64,000 bases of DNA from Candidatus Poribacteria bacterium (GCA_965222225.1 CBDCTK010000002.1:4064001-4128000), one strand, 5' to 3'; shown: positions 41,081 to 52,543, counted from the first letter of the stretch. Translations and numbers: made by a program. The notes: generated from the sequence alone by a model not told the origin.

Positions 41081-41919
41081 GCAATCGTGGTCGACGGATG
41101 ATAATAAGGTTGGTGAACCACAAATCGGCGGTGGCAGGAGCTTCCATACTACTCTTTTTCGTGATAATAGCAATTTTTGCTCCACTAATTGCCACACACG
41201 ATCCTCGCGAAGCCGATGTAACGACACGCCTTGCAGGCTGGTCTACGGATCACTACTTCGGAACAGATGGCGTTGGGAGAGATATATTTAGCCGCATAAT
41301 TTATGGATCCCAAATTTCGTTGAAAATCGGTTTGGTTGCCATGACGCTGTCTATCTCCGTCGGCGCGATGTTGGGAATTCTTGCGGGCTATTACGGTGGT
41401 TGGCTCGACAACGCCATCATGCGTGTGATGGATATGATGCTTCCACTGCCGAGCATCCTGCTGGCGATGGTAATCGTAGCAATTCTGGGCACAAGTCTCA
41501 CCAATGCGATAATCGCTGTTTCGATTGTGTATATTCCCCAGTACGCACGCATTTTACGCGCCTCCGTCCTCAAAATTCGCGAACAGGATTATGTAACTGC
41601 GGCACGGGTGGTCGGCGCGAGTGACTTTCGAATCCTATGGAACGCAATCCTACCCAACTGCGTAGCACCACTGATTGTCCAATCAACGCTCGGAATGGGT
41701 GAGGCAATTCTTGTCGCGGCTGGACTCAGCTTTTTGGGTCTCGGCGCTGAAGTCGGTGAACCCGAATGGGGGGCAATGTTGAATGAAAATCGCCAACTCA
41801 TCCGCCGTGCCCCTTGGACGGTGATGACACCGGGTATTGCCATATTCCTCACTGTTTTGGGGTTTAATTTACTCGGTGATGCCTTACGCGATGTTCTCGA
41901 CCCCCAGCTTAAGACATAA
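41077..41919 (+). CDS. dppC: Dipeptide/oligopeptide ABC permease
   Basis: HYFGTDGVGRDIFSR, LSFLGLG, FNLLGDALRD.LDP. Confidence 0.9.
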   Translation: MSNRGRRMIIRLVNHKSAVAGASILLFFVIIAIFAPLIATHDPREADVTTRLAGWSTDHYFGTDGVGRDIFSRIIYGSQISLKIGLVAMTLSISVGAMLGILAGYYGGWLDNAIMRVMDMMLPLPSILLAMVIVAILGTSLTNAIIAVSIVYIPQYARILRASVLKIREQDYVTAARVVGASDFRILWNAILPNCVAPLIVQSTLGMGEAILVAAGLSFLGLGAEVGEPEWGAMLNENRQLIRRAPWTVMTPGIAIFLTVLGFNLLGDALRDVLDPQLKT

Positions 41920-42040
41920 GGCGAAACAAAGTGGTTTTTATCCGAATGATTGATGAATCGCGCCACTATGAACAGACGCGCGTAATTCCCAATTGAAACT
42001 GGATGAAACGAGAGGGTTAAGAAATGGATAATTTGTACGG

Positions 42041-42934
42041 ATGAAAAACCCTGAAATTCCCAACGAGCAGCCGAATGCCAAGATGATTGCCTTCGCTTTG
42101 ATGCTTGCGGTGCTTTGGGGTGGAAATTCGGTATCGATTAAAATTGGGCTGCAAGGTGTACCACCGTTGGCACTCGCCGGGTTTCGGTTCCTGCTCGCGC
42201 TCGTGGCGGTCACAGCGTGGTCTATCAGCCAACGTGTAACCATCCGTCTGAGCCGCGGAGAACTGGTTCCACTTATCCTATTGGGGATAGCATTCGTCCT
42301 GCAAATTATCACCCTAAATGTCGGCACACGTTTCACGTCGGCAGCGCGCTCCACAATCATGATTAACTTTTTTCCGTTCTTCACAGCACTGTTTGCGCAT
42401 TATTGGGTGCCGGGCGACCGATTATCGTTTATAAAAATCATGGGAATCGGACTGGCATTTTGTGGTATTTTCATCACTTTCGCCCCAGCCCTCCAACTTG
42501 GCGCTCACTCTTATCCCGTCGGCGATTTGATTGTTTTGATAAGCGCAAGCCTTCTCGGATTTCGAACAGTTGTCACTAAGCGTCTGATACAGTCCATTCA
42601 CCCTTATCGCTTACTCATCTGGTTGATGATTTTTAGCTTACCCTGTTTCTTCGGATTAAGTCTGCTTCTAGAAGATCAGTCCAACTACGCATTCTCGCCC
42701 GCGGTGATCGCCGCCATCCTGTATCAAGGACTCATCGTCGCGGGCTTCTGTTTTGTTTGCTGGACCTCTATTCTGAAAAAGCATAGCCCAAGCAAATTGG
42801 TGGTTCTCTCTTTTGCGACACCGATCTCGGGAATAATTTTCAGCCACCTACTATTGGCTGACGAACTCGGTTTCAGTCTGATTGCCGGTGCCACACTTGT
42901 TGCCTTCGGCATCTATCTGGTCAACAGACGATGA
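42041..42934 (+). CDS. EamA/DMT family transporter
   Basis: Ten TM segments; LWG...PP..LA..RF. Confidence 0.88.
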   Translation: MKNPEIPNEQPNAKMIAFALMLAVLWGGNSVSIKIGLQGVPPLALAGFRFLLALVAVTAWSISQRVTIRLSRGELVPLILLGIAFVLQIITLNVGTRFTSAARSTIMINFFPFFTALFAHYWVPGDRLSFIKIMGIGLAFCGIFITFAPALQLGAHSYPVGDLIVLISASLLGFRTVVTKRLIQSIHPYRLLIWLMIFSLPCFFGLSLLLEDQSNYAFSPAVIAAILYQGLIVAGFCFVCWTSILKKHSPSKLVVLSFATPISGIIFSHLLLADELGFSLIAGATLVAFGIYLVNRR

Positions 42935-43050
42935 TAGTTGAAGTGCGGGCGTGTGGTGAAGAAAACGCTATTTGCTTGATTGGCTGCTTCCTCTCGCATA
43001 GGCGGGTTGTAAGATGAATTCTTGACGACGTCAACATCAATGAACACGGA

Positions 43051-43260
43051 GTGCGAATCGTGGAGGCGCTAAATTTTCATTGCAGAATTTGGAATACCGA
43101 ACGAGAAGCCTACGGTAAACCGTTCAATGTTTGCGATCGGCACTTACAACAGATTCGAGAATCGCTTTCGGAAAACTTTGCCCCTTGCTGGATTGAACAG
43201 CTTAAGCGGACCGATGAGGCGTGTGAGGATTGCATGGCGGAGGAAGAGGAAGGATATTAA
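43051..43260 (+). CDS. Small hypothetical protein, possibly Zn-binding
   Basis: CxxH and CxxC motifs, acidic tail. Confidence 0.4.
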   Translation: MRIVEALNFHCRIWNTEREAYGKPFNVCDRHLQQIRESLSENFAPCWIEQLKRTDEACEDCMAEEEEGY

Positions 43261-43400
43261 AGGCTATTTTCGGCGGCGCTAAGAGGCAATAATTTATTGA
43301 CCGGACGCACAGAATGGAGAGGCCTATAGATTAGTAATACCATTTCTCTATATTTACAGTGCATTGGTAGCGTCAATCAAATCTTTCTAATGCGGGGCAA

Positions 43401-43440
43401 GGGGATTTCTATCGCACTCGCTATCCGCTCGCTTGATCCC
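43401..43440 (+). repeat. Minimal modular repeat copy in a REP loop
   Basis: TGCGGGGCAA[GGGGATTTCTATCGCACTCGCTATCCGCTCGCTTGAT]CCCCGCCTAC. Confidence 0.85.
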
Positions 43441-43705
43441 CGCCTACCGGGCCTGGCGTGGAAGATAACGGTTGGTATCGGTTTTTTTATAGTTGTATAA
43501 TTGAAAGACATTATACGCAATATCATTCAAGCGAAGTGGTATAAGCGTCCAGAGTCGTCGGCGCGAAAAGTGGGATGGACAATTCACTCGGTTTTTGATA
43601 GAATGGAAATAGCAATCTGAGTCCGCGTCCGGGACCTCATCGTGTGATGTGTTAAACATAGTACAATGGGTGAGGCGAATCCCCGAATGGAGAGGTTGTG
43701 ATATT

Positions 43706-44556
43706 ATGACGCCAGTGCAACGATACCTGTTTTATACGACCAGTTCATCCACCTGAGATACGTTTTAAGCCCGGAGGAATTAGAAAGGGCACAAGAAGCT
43801 GCGGACCGTTACATCAATTCGCCGCCCGAAGAAATGCCGATTGGATTCGGCGAGTGCGATGTGCACGGCAATCATTGATGGTTTGCTCGCGGTTTTGCCT
43901 TTGGTAGGGCGCTGGAACACCTAACGATGCACCCGGCGGTCTGGCCCATTGTCAAAGAGATGACTGGAAACAAACCTTGCTTCTGTCGCGGCAACTTGAT
44001 GGTGGATACAGGCGAGCATACCCCTTTTCCGCTTCACGGTGGTGGAGTCGGACACACCATGGTTTTGGGAAACAATGCCGATGGAATAAACAGTCTGCGC
44101 GGCATCGGAAATCCAGGCAACCTTTACTGTGAACTATTTGACGCTTTCTGGTATTTGACCGACGTTAATCCCGGCGATGGCGGTTTCATAGTGGTGGTCG
44201 GATTACACAAAGCTGAATTCGAGTTGCCTTATGAGCAGAAGACGTATGCGTCTGCCGAAGATCTTTCAGACGGAGTGGTGAACATTACGCGCAACGCTGG
44301 AGATTGAATCATTTCTCCCGAATCGGTCTTTCACGGCTCCCTGCAATGGGAACCCAAGGATGGAGATCATTGGTTTATTGTTAGGCGATACGCGTCTCAG
44401 TATCAACAAGCATTTCACCTTGAGGAGGATTGGCCCGAAAATCTGGCGCCGAAGTTTCTTGAGTGACTGCCTCCCGAAACACGAGACTTGCTAAAGGTCG
44501 CGTGGCGTCCGCACGACTATCATATTACCAAACGCGATGAAATCCGTTTGAAATAG
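43706..44556 (+). pseudogene. Degraded phytanoyl-CoA dioxygenase family gene
   Basis: MTPVQRYLF.., LHGG, LTDVNPGDGGF..HKAEF, AGD*IISPES..HGS; several stops and frameshifts. Confidence 0.75.
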
Positions 44557-44639
44557 ATGTGATTTCTGTACAAGGGGCCTCGGTAAGGGGGCGCGAGGCA
44601 CTTCTCGCTCGAATTGGATTTCAAATCCCGATTTCCTAA

Positions 44640-45815
44640 ATGAAGATAAAACAGCTACGCACCGTATCCGTCAAGATTCCCACACCCTCTCCCAAATCGA
44701 CGGCGCGGCGTCCCAGTTGGAACGAACGCGCCCCTCGCGCATTCCCGATTAACAAATACCCGGAGTTTTCCGGATTTCACACAACTACGCCCGGCTCCAA
44801 ACTCAACACCCCTGTTTGGGTTCAGGTGACTGCGGACGATGGAACGTGGGGGTTAGGACGATGCGGTTTTGGAGAACCTGTTGCCGCGTTGATTGACTCG
44901 CACTTTGCACCGTTGATCGAAGGTCGAGACCCAATGGCGTTGGAATACTTGAACGACCTTATGTGGCGTTCCACGCAACTCTTCGGGGCAAGCGGAATTT
45001 CGGCTGTGGCTCAGTCCGGCATCGACTTGGCTTTGTGGGATTTGAAAGGGAAGATACTCAATCAGCCGGTGTATAAGCTACTCGGCGGTCCTTCGCGAGA
45101 AAAAGTGGCGCTCTACTGCACATCGGATGACCTTGATTGGTCGAAAGAGTTGGGATTCAGGGCGTTCAAAATCAGCAATCCCGTGAATTATGAGATGGGA
45201 GTTGAAGGCTTGGATCTCTTGGAGGAAAAAATCGCGAAAGCACGGGAGGAGGTTGGACCAAGCGCCGAGTTAATGTTTAATCCGGTGATGTCCTTCAATG
45301 TCGAATTTACGCTTCGGTTGGCTGAGCGGTTGAGACCATACGGGTTGCGCTGGCTGGAGGAGCCTTTAATTCCGAGCGATCTGGAAGGTCATATCGAGTT
45401 AAAACGTGCAATTACGTGGATACCTCTCGCCACAGGAGAGCACCATCACAGGCGTCAAACGTTCCGACAGTTGGTTGAGAACCGAGCGGTAGACATCGTC
45501 CAGCCCGATATTGCCTGGTGTGGAGGGTTGTCCGAAGCTATCAAGATTTACACCATCGCGGAAGCCGCGGGTATTAGTACAATCCCGCATACGGGAGCCG
45601 GCACGCCTTGGGGACAGCACTTCGGAATTGCCATGCCCGAATCGCCGATGGCAGAGTTCTGGATGGGTTCGGATCCTGGTGTTCCGCTCGACGAAGTGTG
45701 CCCGATTCCGGGGGTGCCGATGCCCGTGAATGGCGATGTGATTCCGTCGGATGCCCCGGGCTTTGGCATGGAAATCGCCGCGGATTGGATTGAGCCTTAT
45801 CGAGCCAATTCTTAA
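44640..45815 (+). CDS. Mandelate racemase/muconate lactonizing family enzyme, L-rhamnonate dehydratase-like
   Basis: IDLALWDLKGK, WLEEPL, ATGEH, QPDI.WCGG. Confidence 0.88.
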   Translation: MKIKQLRTVSVKIPTPSPKSTARRPSWNERAPRAFPINKYPEFSGFHTTTPGSKLNTPVWVQVTADDGTWGLGRCGFGEPVAALIDSHFAPLIEGRDPMALEYLNDLMWRSTQLFGASGISAVAQSGIDLALWDLKGKILNQPVYKLLGGPSREKVALYCTSDDLDWSKELGFRAFKISNPVNYEMGVEGLDLLEEKIAKAREEVGPSAELMFNPVMSFNVEFTLRLAERLRPYGLRWLEEPLIPSDLEGHIELKRAITWIPLATGEHHHRRQTFRQLVENRAVDIVQPDIAWCGGLSEAIKIYTIAEAAGISTIPHTGAGTPWGQHFGIAMPESPMAEFWMGSDPGVPLDEVCPIPGVPMPVNGDVIPSDAPGFGMEIAADWIEPYRANS

Positions 45816-45950
45816 AACCGAATCCATAGGATTGACGGTACCTCTAACGTTGGAATGCCTCATAGGCTTGGTGTATAGCGGAATCGAACCGGAGACATCT
45901 TTCGTGTTTCACGCCCCAAATCTCAATCTTTAACACAAAGGAAGTAATCA

Positions 45951-47501
45951 ATGCAATTTGACTACATCATCCAAGGCGGGAACGTTGTAGACGGTACCGG
46001 CAAACGTGACCCGTTCCCAGCGGATGTCGGAGTCGTTCAGAACGAAATTGCCGCTATCGGGAAACTTGATGCCGCACAGGCGAGACGTATAATTTATGCA
46101 CAGGGCAAAGTTGTCAGTCCGGGGTTTATCGACGTTCACATTCATTCCGAGATTGCTCTATTGGGTGGAAGGGACCAAATGGGGAGTGTCCGTCAGGGGG
46201 TAACGACGCAACTTAGCGCACCCGACGGTTTTGGATGGGCACCTCTTCCCCCAAAACAGATAAGAGAGCTATGGCATTACACCCAGTTTGCTTACGGGGA
46301 TGCAGAACTTTCGTTCGATTGGAAGTGTGCCAAGGATTACCTGGGTATTTTTCCGGGGAACATTCCCGCGAACCTCTATCCACAAGTGCCGCATTGTGCC
46401 GTACGCTTGGAAGCGATGGGGTGGGATCCGCGACCTGCGACCGACGCAGATTTAACGCGCATGGAGGAAACTACCCGCGAATGGTTGGAGGCGGGGGCAG
46501 GTTGTCTCTGTCTGGGGCTTGACTATCAGCCTAGCGCGAACGCGGACCTTAGGGAACTTGTGACGCTGTCAAAACTTGCCGCCTCCTATGGCGCGATATA
46601 TGCCGCGCATATCCGTTACCAGCAGATTGGTCGAAAGAGAGCCTGGGAAGAGACTATCGAGTTGGCTAAGCAATCCGGGATTCCCGTTCATATTTCGCAT
46701 GAGCGCGTGGATGCAGAGTCTGCGGAGTTGTTGGATCGCGTGGATAGCGAAGACATCGACCTGACCTTTGAATCCTACCTTTATCCGGCGGGAATGACGC
46801 ACCTCTCGATGATGTTGCCGCTGAGATTTCAGGTGGGAAACATGGAAGCACGGATGGAAGTTTTGAAGCAGCCGGAGACGCGACAAGAATCCCTCCCCCA
46901 CCTCCAAGAAAGCCTAGGAGAGCGTGGCGATCAGATTATCGGTTATACGGCTTCCGGTCGTTATATCGGCATGACGCTCGCCGAAGCAGCGGAGAGCGAG
47001 AATAAGCCGTGGGTAGAGTTTGCTTACGATCTTACGATTGAAGAAAACGGAGTAGAGACATTAATCTTCCCGTGGCAGACACCACGTGAAGAATTTCAGT
47101 CAACCCTGGATCAGACGGCGGTACATCCTCGAATGATGATTGCGAGTGATGGGGTTTATAACATACCTCACCCTCATCCCCGTGGTTACGGTTGTTTTGT
47201 GCAATATCTCGGGCGCTATGTACGTGAACGGAAGCTAGTCTCGTTGGAGGAAGCCGTATACAAAATGAGCGGATTTCCGGCAGAACGTTTCGGAATAAAG
47301 GACCGTGGGAGGATTGCCAAGGGGTTGGCGGCGGATGTGGTTGTCTTCGATCCGGAAACCGTTTCAGACCGTTCGACTTGGAAGAACCCGATAGAACCAC
47401 CCGTCGGCGTTGACTGGGTGTTGGTCAACGGCGTGCCGGTTGTGGAGGAGGGCAGTCTGACAGGAGCCTTGCCGGGACGTGTCCTGAGACACGAGTTTTG
47501 A
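45951..47501 (+). CDS. N-acyl-D-amino-acid deacylase (amidohydrolase)
   Basis: PGFIDVHIHS, HPRGYG.F, LEEAV.KM, ADVVVFDP. Confidence 0.9.
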   Translation: MQFDYIIQGGNVVDGTGKRDPFPADVGVVQNEIAAIGKLDAAQARRIIYAQGKVVSPGFIDVHIHSEIALLGGRDQMGSVRQGVTTQLSAPDGFGWAPLPPKQIRELWHYTQFAYGDAELSFDWKCAKDYLGIFPGNIPANLYPQVPHCAVRLEAMGWDPRPATDADLTRMEETTREWLEAGAGCLCLGLDYQPSANADLRELVTLSKLAASYGAIYAAHIRYQQIGRKRAWEETIELAKQSGIPVHISHERVDAESAELLDRVDSEDIDLTFESYLYPAGMTHLSMMLPLRFQVGNMEARMEVLKQPETRQESLPHLQESLGERGDQIIGYTASGRYIGMTLAEAAESENKPWVEFAYDLTIEENGVETLIFPWQTPREEFQSTLDQTAVHPRMMIASDGVYNIPHPHPRGYGCFVQYLGRYVRERKLVSLEEAVYKMSGFPAERFGIKDRGRIAKGLAADVVVFDPETVSDRSTWKNPIEPPVGVDWVLVNGVPVVEEGSLTGALPGRVLRHEF

Positions 47502-47510
47502 ACTGCGCAA

Positions 47511-48317
47511 ATGGTTATTGAAGAGATGTTGGGGTGTCTGCGAATTGACGGATGGTGTGTGGTACCGGATGTCATTCCTCAAGTTCAAATCGCCCCCATA
47601 CGCAAAAACGTTGAGGAAACGACATACGCGCACGGCATCAAGACTAGGGCAGATGGAGTGGCAGCCTGCAAGGGACTGTTGGCTTTTGACCAGTCGTTTG
47701 CTCCCTGTCTTGCCGACGAGCGTATCTTGGGGATAGCAGCGGCATTGTTCGGGCCACACGTACGAATCTCCTTTACGACTACCCACATCAACCTTCCCGG
47801 TAATGCGCGCGGCGGTTGGCACGCAGATTGGCCGTTCAATCAAAATAATGCGGGCCATATCCCTGCGCCCTATCCCGACGTCGTCATGCACCTGACTGAC
47901 GATATGGATGCTCTCGCCATTCACTACCGAGACGGGAGCTAACTTAATCGTGCCCGGCAGCCACCGAGCAAACAACAATCCCACCGGAAACAACGGAGTC
48001 GATCCCCTCGAACAGTATCCGGCGGAGACGCAGGCTATCGGAAATGCTGGGAGTGTGTGATGTTCGAGGGCCGGATGTGGCACGCCGCAGCAGTGAATCA
48101 CAGTGACAAACCGAGGGTCGGACTAGTCGTGCGATACGCGCCATGGTGGCTGAACTTGGACGTCTTGGACGTATTGAGGCCCGGTTCGGTGGAGCGAAGA
48201 CGCATGGTGGACGAAACAGGGCGACAAGATAATGAAGTCCTGCCGGTTCCCCTTCGTGTCTACGAGGCGCTCCCGGCAAACGTCCAGCCACTCTTCCGGC
48301 ACTGGGTGGAACATTAG
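47511..48317 (+). pseudogene. Phytanoyl-CoA dioxygenase family protein, frameshifted near 47900
   Basis: WHADWPFN followed, in another frame, by GANLIVPGSH...GRMWHAAAVN. Confidence 0.75.
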
Positions 48318-48385
48318 TTAAGTTTTTCGGCGCTTTCGCCACCTGTTACGATACAAAGATTGACAATTCGGGAAGGACAGAACCG

Positions 48386-49819
48386 ATGGCACAACCCAAT
48401 GTACTGCTTATCTGCACCGATCATTGGCCAGGACCGTTGTTGGGGACTATGGGACACGATCGGATTCTGACGCCAACGCTCAACGAACTTGCGAACAATG
48501 GCGTATGCTTTACGCGAGCCTATACCGCGACGCCAACGTGTATCCCGGCCCGGCGCGCCTTGATGACGGGCACTACCGCCCAAACACACGGAGATCGGGT
48601 TTTCAATGAATACCTCCCAATGGACCCCAAGCTGCCAACGATGCCGCAGACCTTCCGAAACGCGGGTTATCAAGCGTACGCAGTGGGTAAACTCCACGTA
48701 TACCCGCAACGCAATCGCATCGGTTTTGACGAAGTAATTCTCTGCGAGGAGGGGAGGCATCAATTCGGCGGGGTGGTAGACGATTTCGAGCGTTTTCTTG
48801 AACGGGAGGGCTACGCAGGATACGAATTTACCCACGCGATGGGCAGCAACGAATACTGTACGCGTCCGTGGCACTTGCCGGAGCATTGCCACCCAACCAA
48901 TTGGACCACGCGAGAAATGTGTTACACCATCCATCGCCGCGATCCCACCCGCTCAGCTTTCTGGTACTGCTCCTACACGGCACCGCATCCGCCGATAACT
49001 CCGCCGCGCGACTATTTCGACATGTATCAACGCCCCGGTGTAGACGAACCTGTTGTCGGCGATTGGGCAAAAAATTTCGATAAGCTGCCCTATGCGCTCA
49101 AGATGCATATTGAGAGAATCTCTGCCCCGAATCCTACCGAGACGATTCTGGCTCGGATGGGATTCTATGCGCAGTGCACCTATATTGACCACCAGATTCG
49201 ACTCTTGATTGGAACACTGCGCGAAGAGGGGGTATTGGACAACACAATCGTTATGTTGGTTTCGGATCATGGCGACATGCTTGGCAACCACAATCTGTGG
49301 GCGAAACCACCAATGTTTGAGTGGTCTGCGAGAATCCCAATGGTTCTTATGCCAACAGCCGATTGTGATCGTATCGGACACCACCGGAGAGATGATCGTC
49401 TAGCGGAGTTACGAGATGTGATGCCCACGCTGTTGGATCTGTGTGACATCCCGATACCGGGGACGGTGGAGGGGTATTCGTTGGCGTCGAACGAGCAGCG
49501 CGATCATCTTTACTGCGAACACTATGAAGACGAGAGAGCCATGCGAATGATTCGATCCGAGCAGTACAAACTCATCTGGTATCCAACCGGCAATCGAGTT
49601 CAACTCTTCGACCTCGAAAAGGATCCGCAGGAGATGTACAACCTCTCCGATTTCCCCAAATATGCGGATGTACGCGAGCGCTTAACAGATCTGCTAATTC
49701 AGAACCTCTATGGCCGCGATCTAGAGTGGGTAAAAGATGGACGGCTGGTGGGAGAGCCGGACAAACTGTTCGTGTCTTCACCAAATCGTGATTTGGCTGG
49801 GCAGCGCGGCTGGCGGTGA
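48386..49819 (+). CDS. Formylglycine-dependent sulfatase
   Basis: CIPARRALMTG (CxPxR), GKLH, SDHGDMLG. Confidence 0.93.
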   Translation: MAQPNVLLICTDHWPGPLLGTMGHDRILTPTLNELANNGVCFTRAYTATPTCIPARRALMTGTTAQTHGDRVFNEYLPMDPKLPTMPQTFRNAGYQAYAVGKLHVYPQRNRIGFDEVILCEEGRHQFGGVVDDFERFLEREGYAGYEFTHAMGSNEYCTRPWHLPEHCHPTNWTTREMCYTIHRRDPTRSAFWYCSYTAPHPPITPPRDYFDMYQRPGVDEPVVGDWAKNFDKLPYALKMHIERISAPNPTETILARMGFYAQCTYIDHQIRLLIGTLREEGVLDNTIVMLVSDHGDMLGNHNLWAKPPMFEWSARIPMVLMPTADCDRIGHHRRDDRLAELRDVMPTLLDLCDIPIPGTVEGYSLASNEQRDHLYCEHYEDERAMRMIRSEQYKLIWYPTGNRVQLFDLEKDPQEMYNLSDFPKYADVRERLTDLLIQNLYGRDLEWVKDGRLVGEPDKLFVSSPNRDLAGQRGWR

Positions 49820-50059
49820 ATCAGGTTTTGTAGTGAAATCAATAACTGTTAATACACTGTGGTAGGTTCGGTTTCCTAACCGAACCGGTATTTATCCAGT
49901 CTCGTAGAGCGGTTGGAAAGAGATCTCTGTCGCCCTTGCTGTTCACTCGGTTGATTGCCTACCGAAATATGTGTAAATATGAATGGAATTGACTATAATC
50001 GGGAACGTGAATTGAAGGTGTGTCGTTTTGAAATGGTAAAGGTAGGGCTTACTTGATGC

Positions 50060-51071
50060 TTACTGCGCTGATTTGATGTCGTAGTCAACCAATTCTGCGA
50101 TCCCGTTAGGAGTTTCGATTTTGACAGGGCCGACACTTGGGGCGAGCCACATCGTTTGCAAATTCAGGTTTTGCATTAGACTCGGAAGGAGTTTTGTTAG
50201 TTCGCTGTTAAGCTCATCTTCCAAATGCTCAAGGAGCGCCTTGTTTTGGTCTTTAGTATAATCGCGGGCATTCCACGCGCCTATTTCATACACCAGCGTT
50301 TCGACAGGCGTTGCCTCTGCGCTATATTCAAGTTTCAGACAGTTCTCGAATCTGCCTGTGGACGTCGTTACCGCGGGCTCAAAAGACGTAGTTCCCCATA
50401 TACGTATGTCAACTTCAAAATCGTGGATGTAATTTCTAGGGATAAAGTTGTAGTACCCAGTTATCGTCATATGAATTACTTTTCTTTTTTGGGGGTAATC
50501 GGGTGGGAAATGCAGCAAAGTAAAATCACTGTGCTCAATGACCTTTATTTTGGAGTAAAACAGGAAGACTAAGACGCTGTCGTGTGCTTTTGGTGTGGTC
50601 CACACTCCGTTAATGTATACATGATGGCGTCTTCCAAAGCCCGAGGAATCGTCTTCGCTCTGCAGGACAGTTTGCCAAATAGCGTCGTTTATGTCGTTTT
50701 TCTTGTTTAGGAGGAAAATGCCGTCTGAGGCAACCACATTAGGTAGGTGATTTGATAAAATCGGGATGCTTGTCTGCGAGAGGCGGATTATAGGTGAAAG
50801 AATAGTAGGAATCGTGCTCAATAATTTCCGACTGGGCGACCTCGCGCGACCATTCGGAGCCGTCGGGATTTCGGTAAACCCAGCGGTTACCGAGAGACAT
50901 GGGAAAATAAATGGTGGACGCGTCGGCACTACTTTCCCCGCCCAAGGTTGTACCTCTGATGTTGTCGATTGGTTCGTCACCACAGCCAAAAGACAATAGG
51001 ATAACGGCAAAGGCAACAACTAGCGTAAAACAGCGAGGAACTGTAGGTGTAAACGGGGTGCGATGGAGCAT
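50060..51071 (-). pseudogene. Hypothetical lipoprotein, paralog of 51078-52073, with a one-base insertion near 50739
   Basis: SFGC lipobox, YFPMS.GNRWVY, WLAP.VGPVKI; one extra base relative to the paralog. Confidence 0.75.
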
Positions 51072-51077
51072 CTCACT

Positions 51078-52073
51078 CTAGGGTGCTATCTGGTAGTCAA
51101 TCAATTCGGCGATGCCGTTAGGAGTTTCGATTTTTACGGGACCGACGTCCGGGGCGAGCCACATGGTTTGCAAATTGAGGTTTTGCATTAGACTCGTAAG
51201 AAGCTTTGTTAGTTCGCTGTTAAGCTCATCTTCTAAATGCTCAAGAAGCGACTTGTGTTTGCCTTCATCCCAGCGGGCATTCCGCCCGCCTATTTCATAC
51301 AGCAGCGTTTCGACAGGCGTTGCCTCCACGCTGTATTCAAGTTTCAGACAGTTCTCGAATCTGCCTATGGACGTCGTTACCACGGGCTCAAAAGATGTGG
51401 TATTCCATATACGCACTTTAGCTTCAAAACCGTGGACGTAACTCCTAGGGTCGTGGTCGTCGTCGTTGTTCCCACTTATCGTCATACGGATTACTTTACT
51501 CGTTTGGGTGTAATGGGTGTAATCGGACGGGAAATGCAGCAAAGCAAAATCACTGTGCTCAGTAACCTTTATTCTGGAGTAACCCAGGAAGACTAACATG
51601 TCTTCGTGCTCTCGTCGTGTGGTCCACACTCCTTTACTGTATTTCTGCGAAAATCCCCAGCCCGTGCCCAGGCTCTGCAGGACAGTTTGCCAAACAGCGT
51701 CGTTTATGTCGTTTTTCTTGTTTAGGAGGAAAATGCCGTCTGGTGCAACGACATAGGTAGGCGATTTGATAAAATCGGGATGCTTGTCTGCGAGTGGCGG
51801 ATTGTAGGTGAAAGAATGGTAGGAATTGTGCTCAATAATTTCCGACTGGACCTGGACGATCTCGCGCGACCATTCGGAGCCGTCGGGGGTTCGGTAAACC
51901 CAGCGGTTACCGGTAGACATGGGGAAGTAAATCGTGGAGGGTGGGTCGTCACTACTTTCCTCGTCCGAGGTTCTGGTGTTGTCGATTGGTTCGTCGCTGC
52001 ATCCAAAAGACAGTAGGATAACAGCAAAGGCAACAACTAGCGTAAAATAGCGAGGGGTTGTAGGTGTAAACAT
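51078..52073 (-). CDS. Hypothetical lipoprotein
   Basis: SFGC lipobox; YFP..GN.W.Y, G.FENCLK and WLAP.VG.VK pattern. Confidence 0.8.
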   Translation of the reverse strand: MFTPTTPRYFTLVVAFAVILLSFGCSDEPIDNTRTSDEESSDDPPSTIYFPMSTGNRWVYRTPDGSEWSREIVQVQSEIIEHNSYHSFTYNPPLADKHPDFIKSPTYVVAPDGIFLLNKKNDINDAVWQTVLQSLGTGWGFSQKYSKGVWTTRREHEDMLVFLGYSRIKVTEHSDFALLHFPSDYTHYTQTSKVIRMTISGNNDDDHDPRSYVHGFEAKVRIWNTTSFEPVVTTSIGRFENCLKLEYSVEATPVETLLYEIGGRNARWDEGKHKSLLEHLEDELNSELTKLLTSLMQNLNLQTMWLAPDVGPVKIETPNGIAELIDYQIAP

Positions 52074-52090
52074 TATTGCCTCCAAGGCCA

Positions 52091-52128
52091 TCTAGTAAAC
52101 GCCTCGGTACGCCAAGGCGTTTACTAGA
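52091..52128. terminator. Strong intergenic hairpin
   Basis: TCTAGTAAACGCCT-n10-AGGCGTTTACTAGA, perfect 14-bp stem. Confidence 0.55.
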
Positions 52129-52148
52129 CACCAAGTTATGCCCCATCT

Positions 52149-52543
52149 TTAGGGAAAATGATTCTCACACGCATTGGCCTCCTCCTCTATTTCTTCTCTT
52201 GTACCGTCGGGGTGTTGAATGGTGCGCCATCCATCGACGTGAGATGACGCATGAGCGTCGGTGTTTACGTGCTTCTTATGTTTATGGGCAGTAATGGTGC
52301 CGCCGCCATTAGCATAGTTCCAACCCTCCTTGTCCTTGTCCTTGTCGGTACCAACTCTTGCATACACCTCCCAAAATCCATTGTTAAGCCCATAATTAGA
52401 CGCATAAGCGTCTGCATAAGTCCTAGGCGCACTACCGCTGTTTGTGATCCTGCACCTTGGTAAATACTCCATGAATATGCGATTTTGACGATTGTGAAGG
52501 CCAGGAATAAGGCTGGAATAGCGAACATAATGAGTTTCTTCAT
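52149..52543 (-). pseudogene. Small secreted protein, apparently frameshifted near 52450
   Basis: Signal peptide MKKLIMFAIPALFLAF in one frame; protein-like C-terminal part in ORF 52149-52472. Confidence 0.5.

Noticed and set aside
50060-52073. Paralog pair, or the modular repeats, as the TR/VR of a diversity-generating retroelement
   Set aside because: Differences include indels and changes at all four bases rather than adenine only, and no reverse transcriptase is present in the window.
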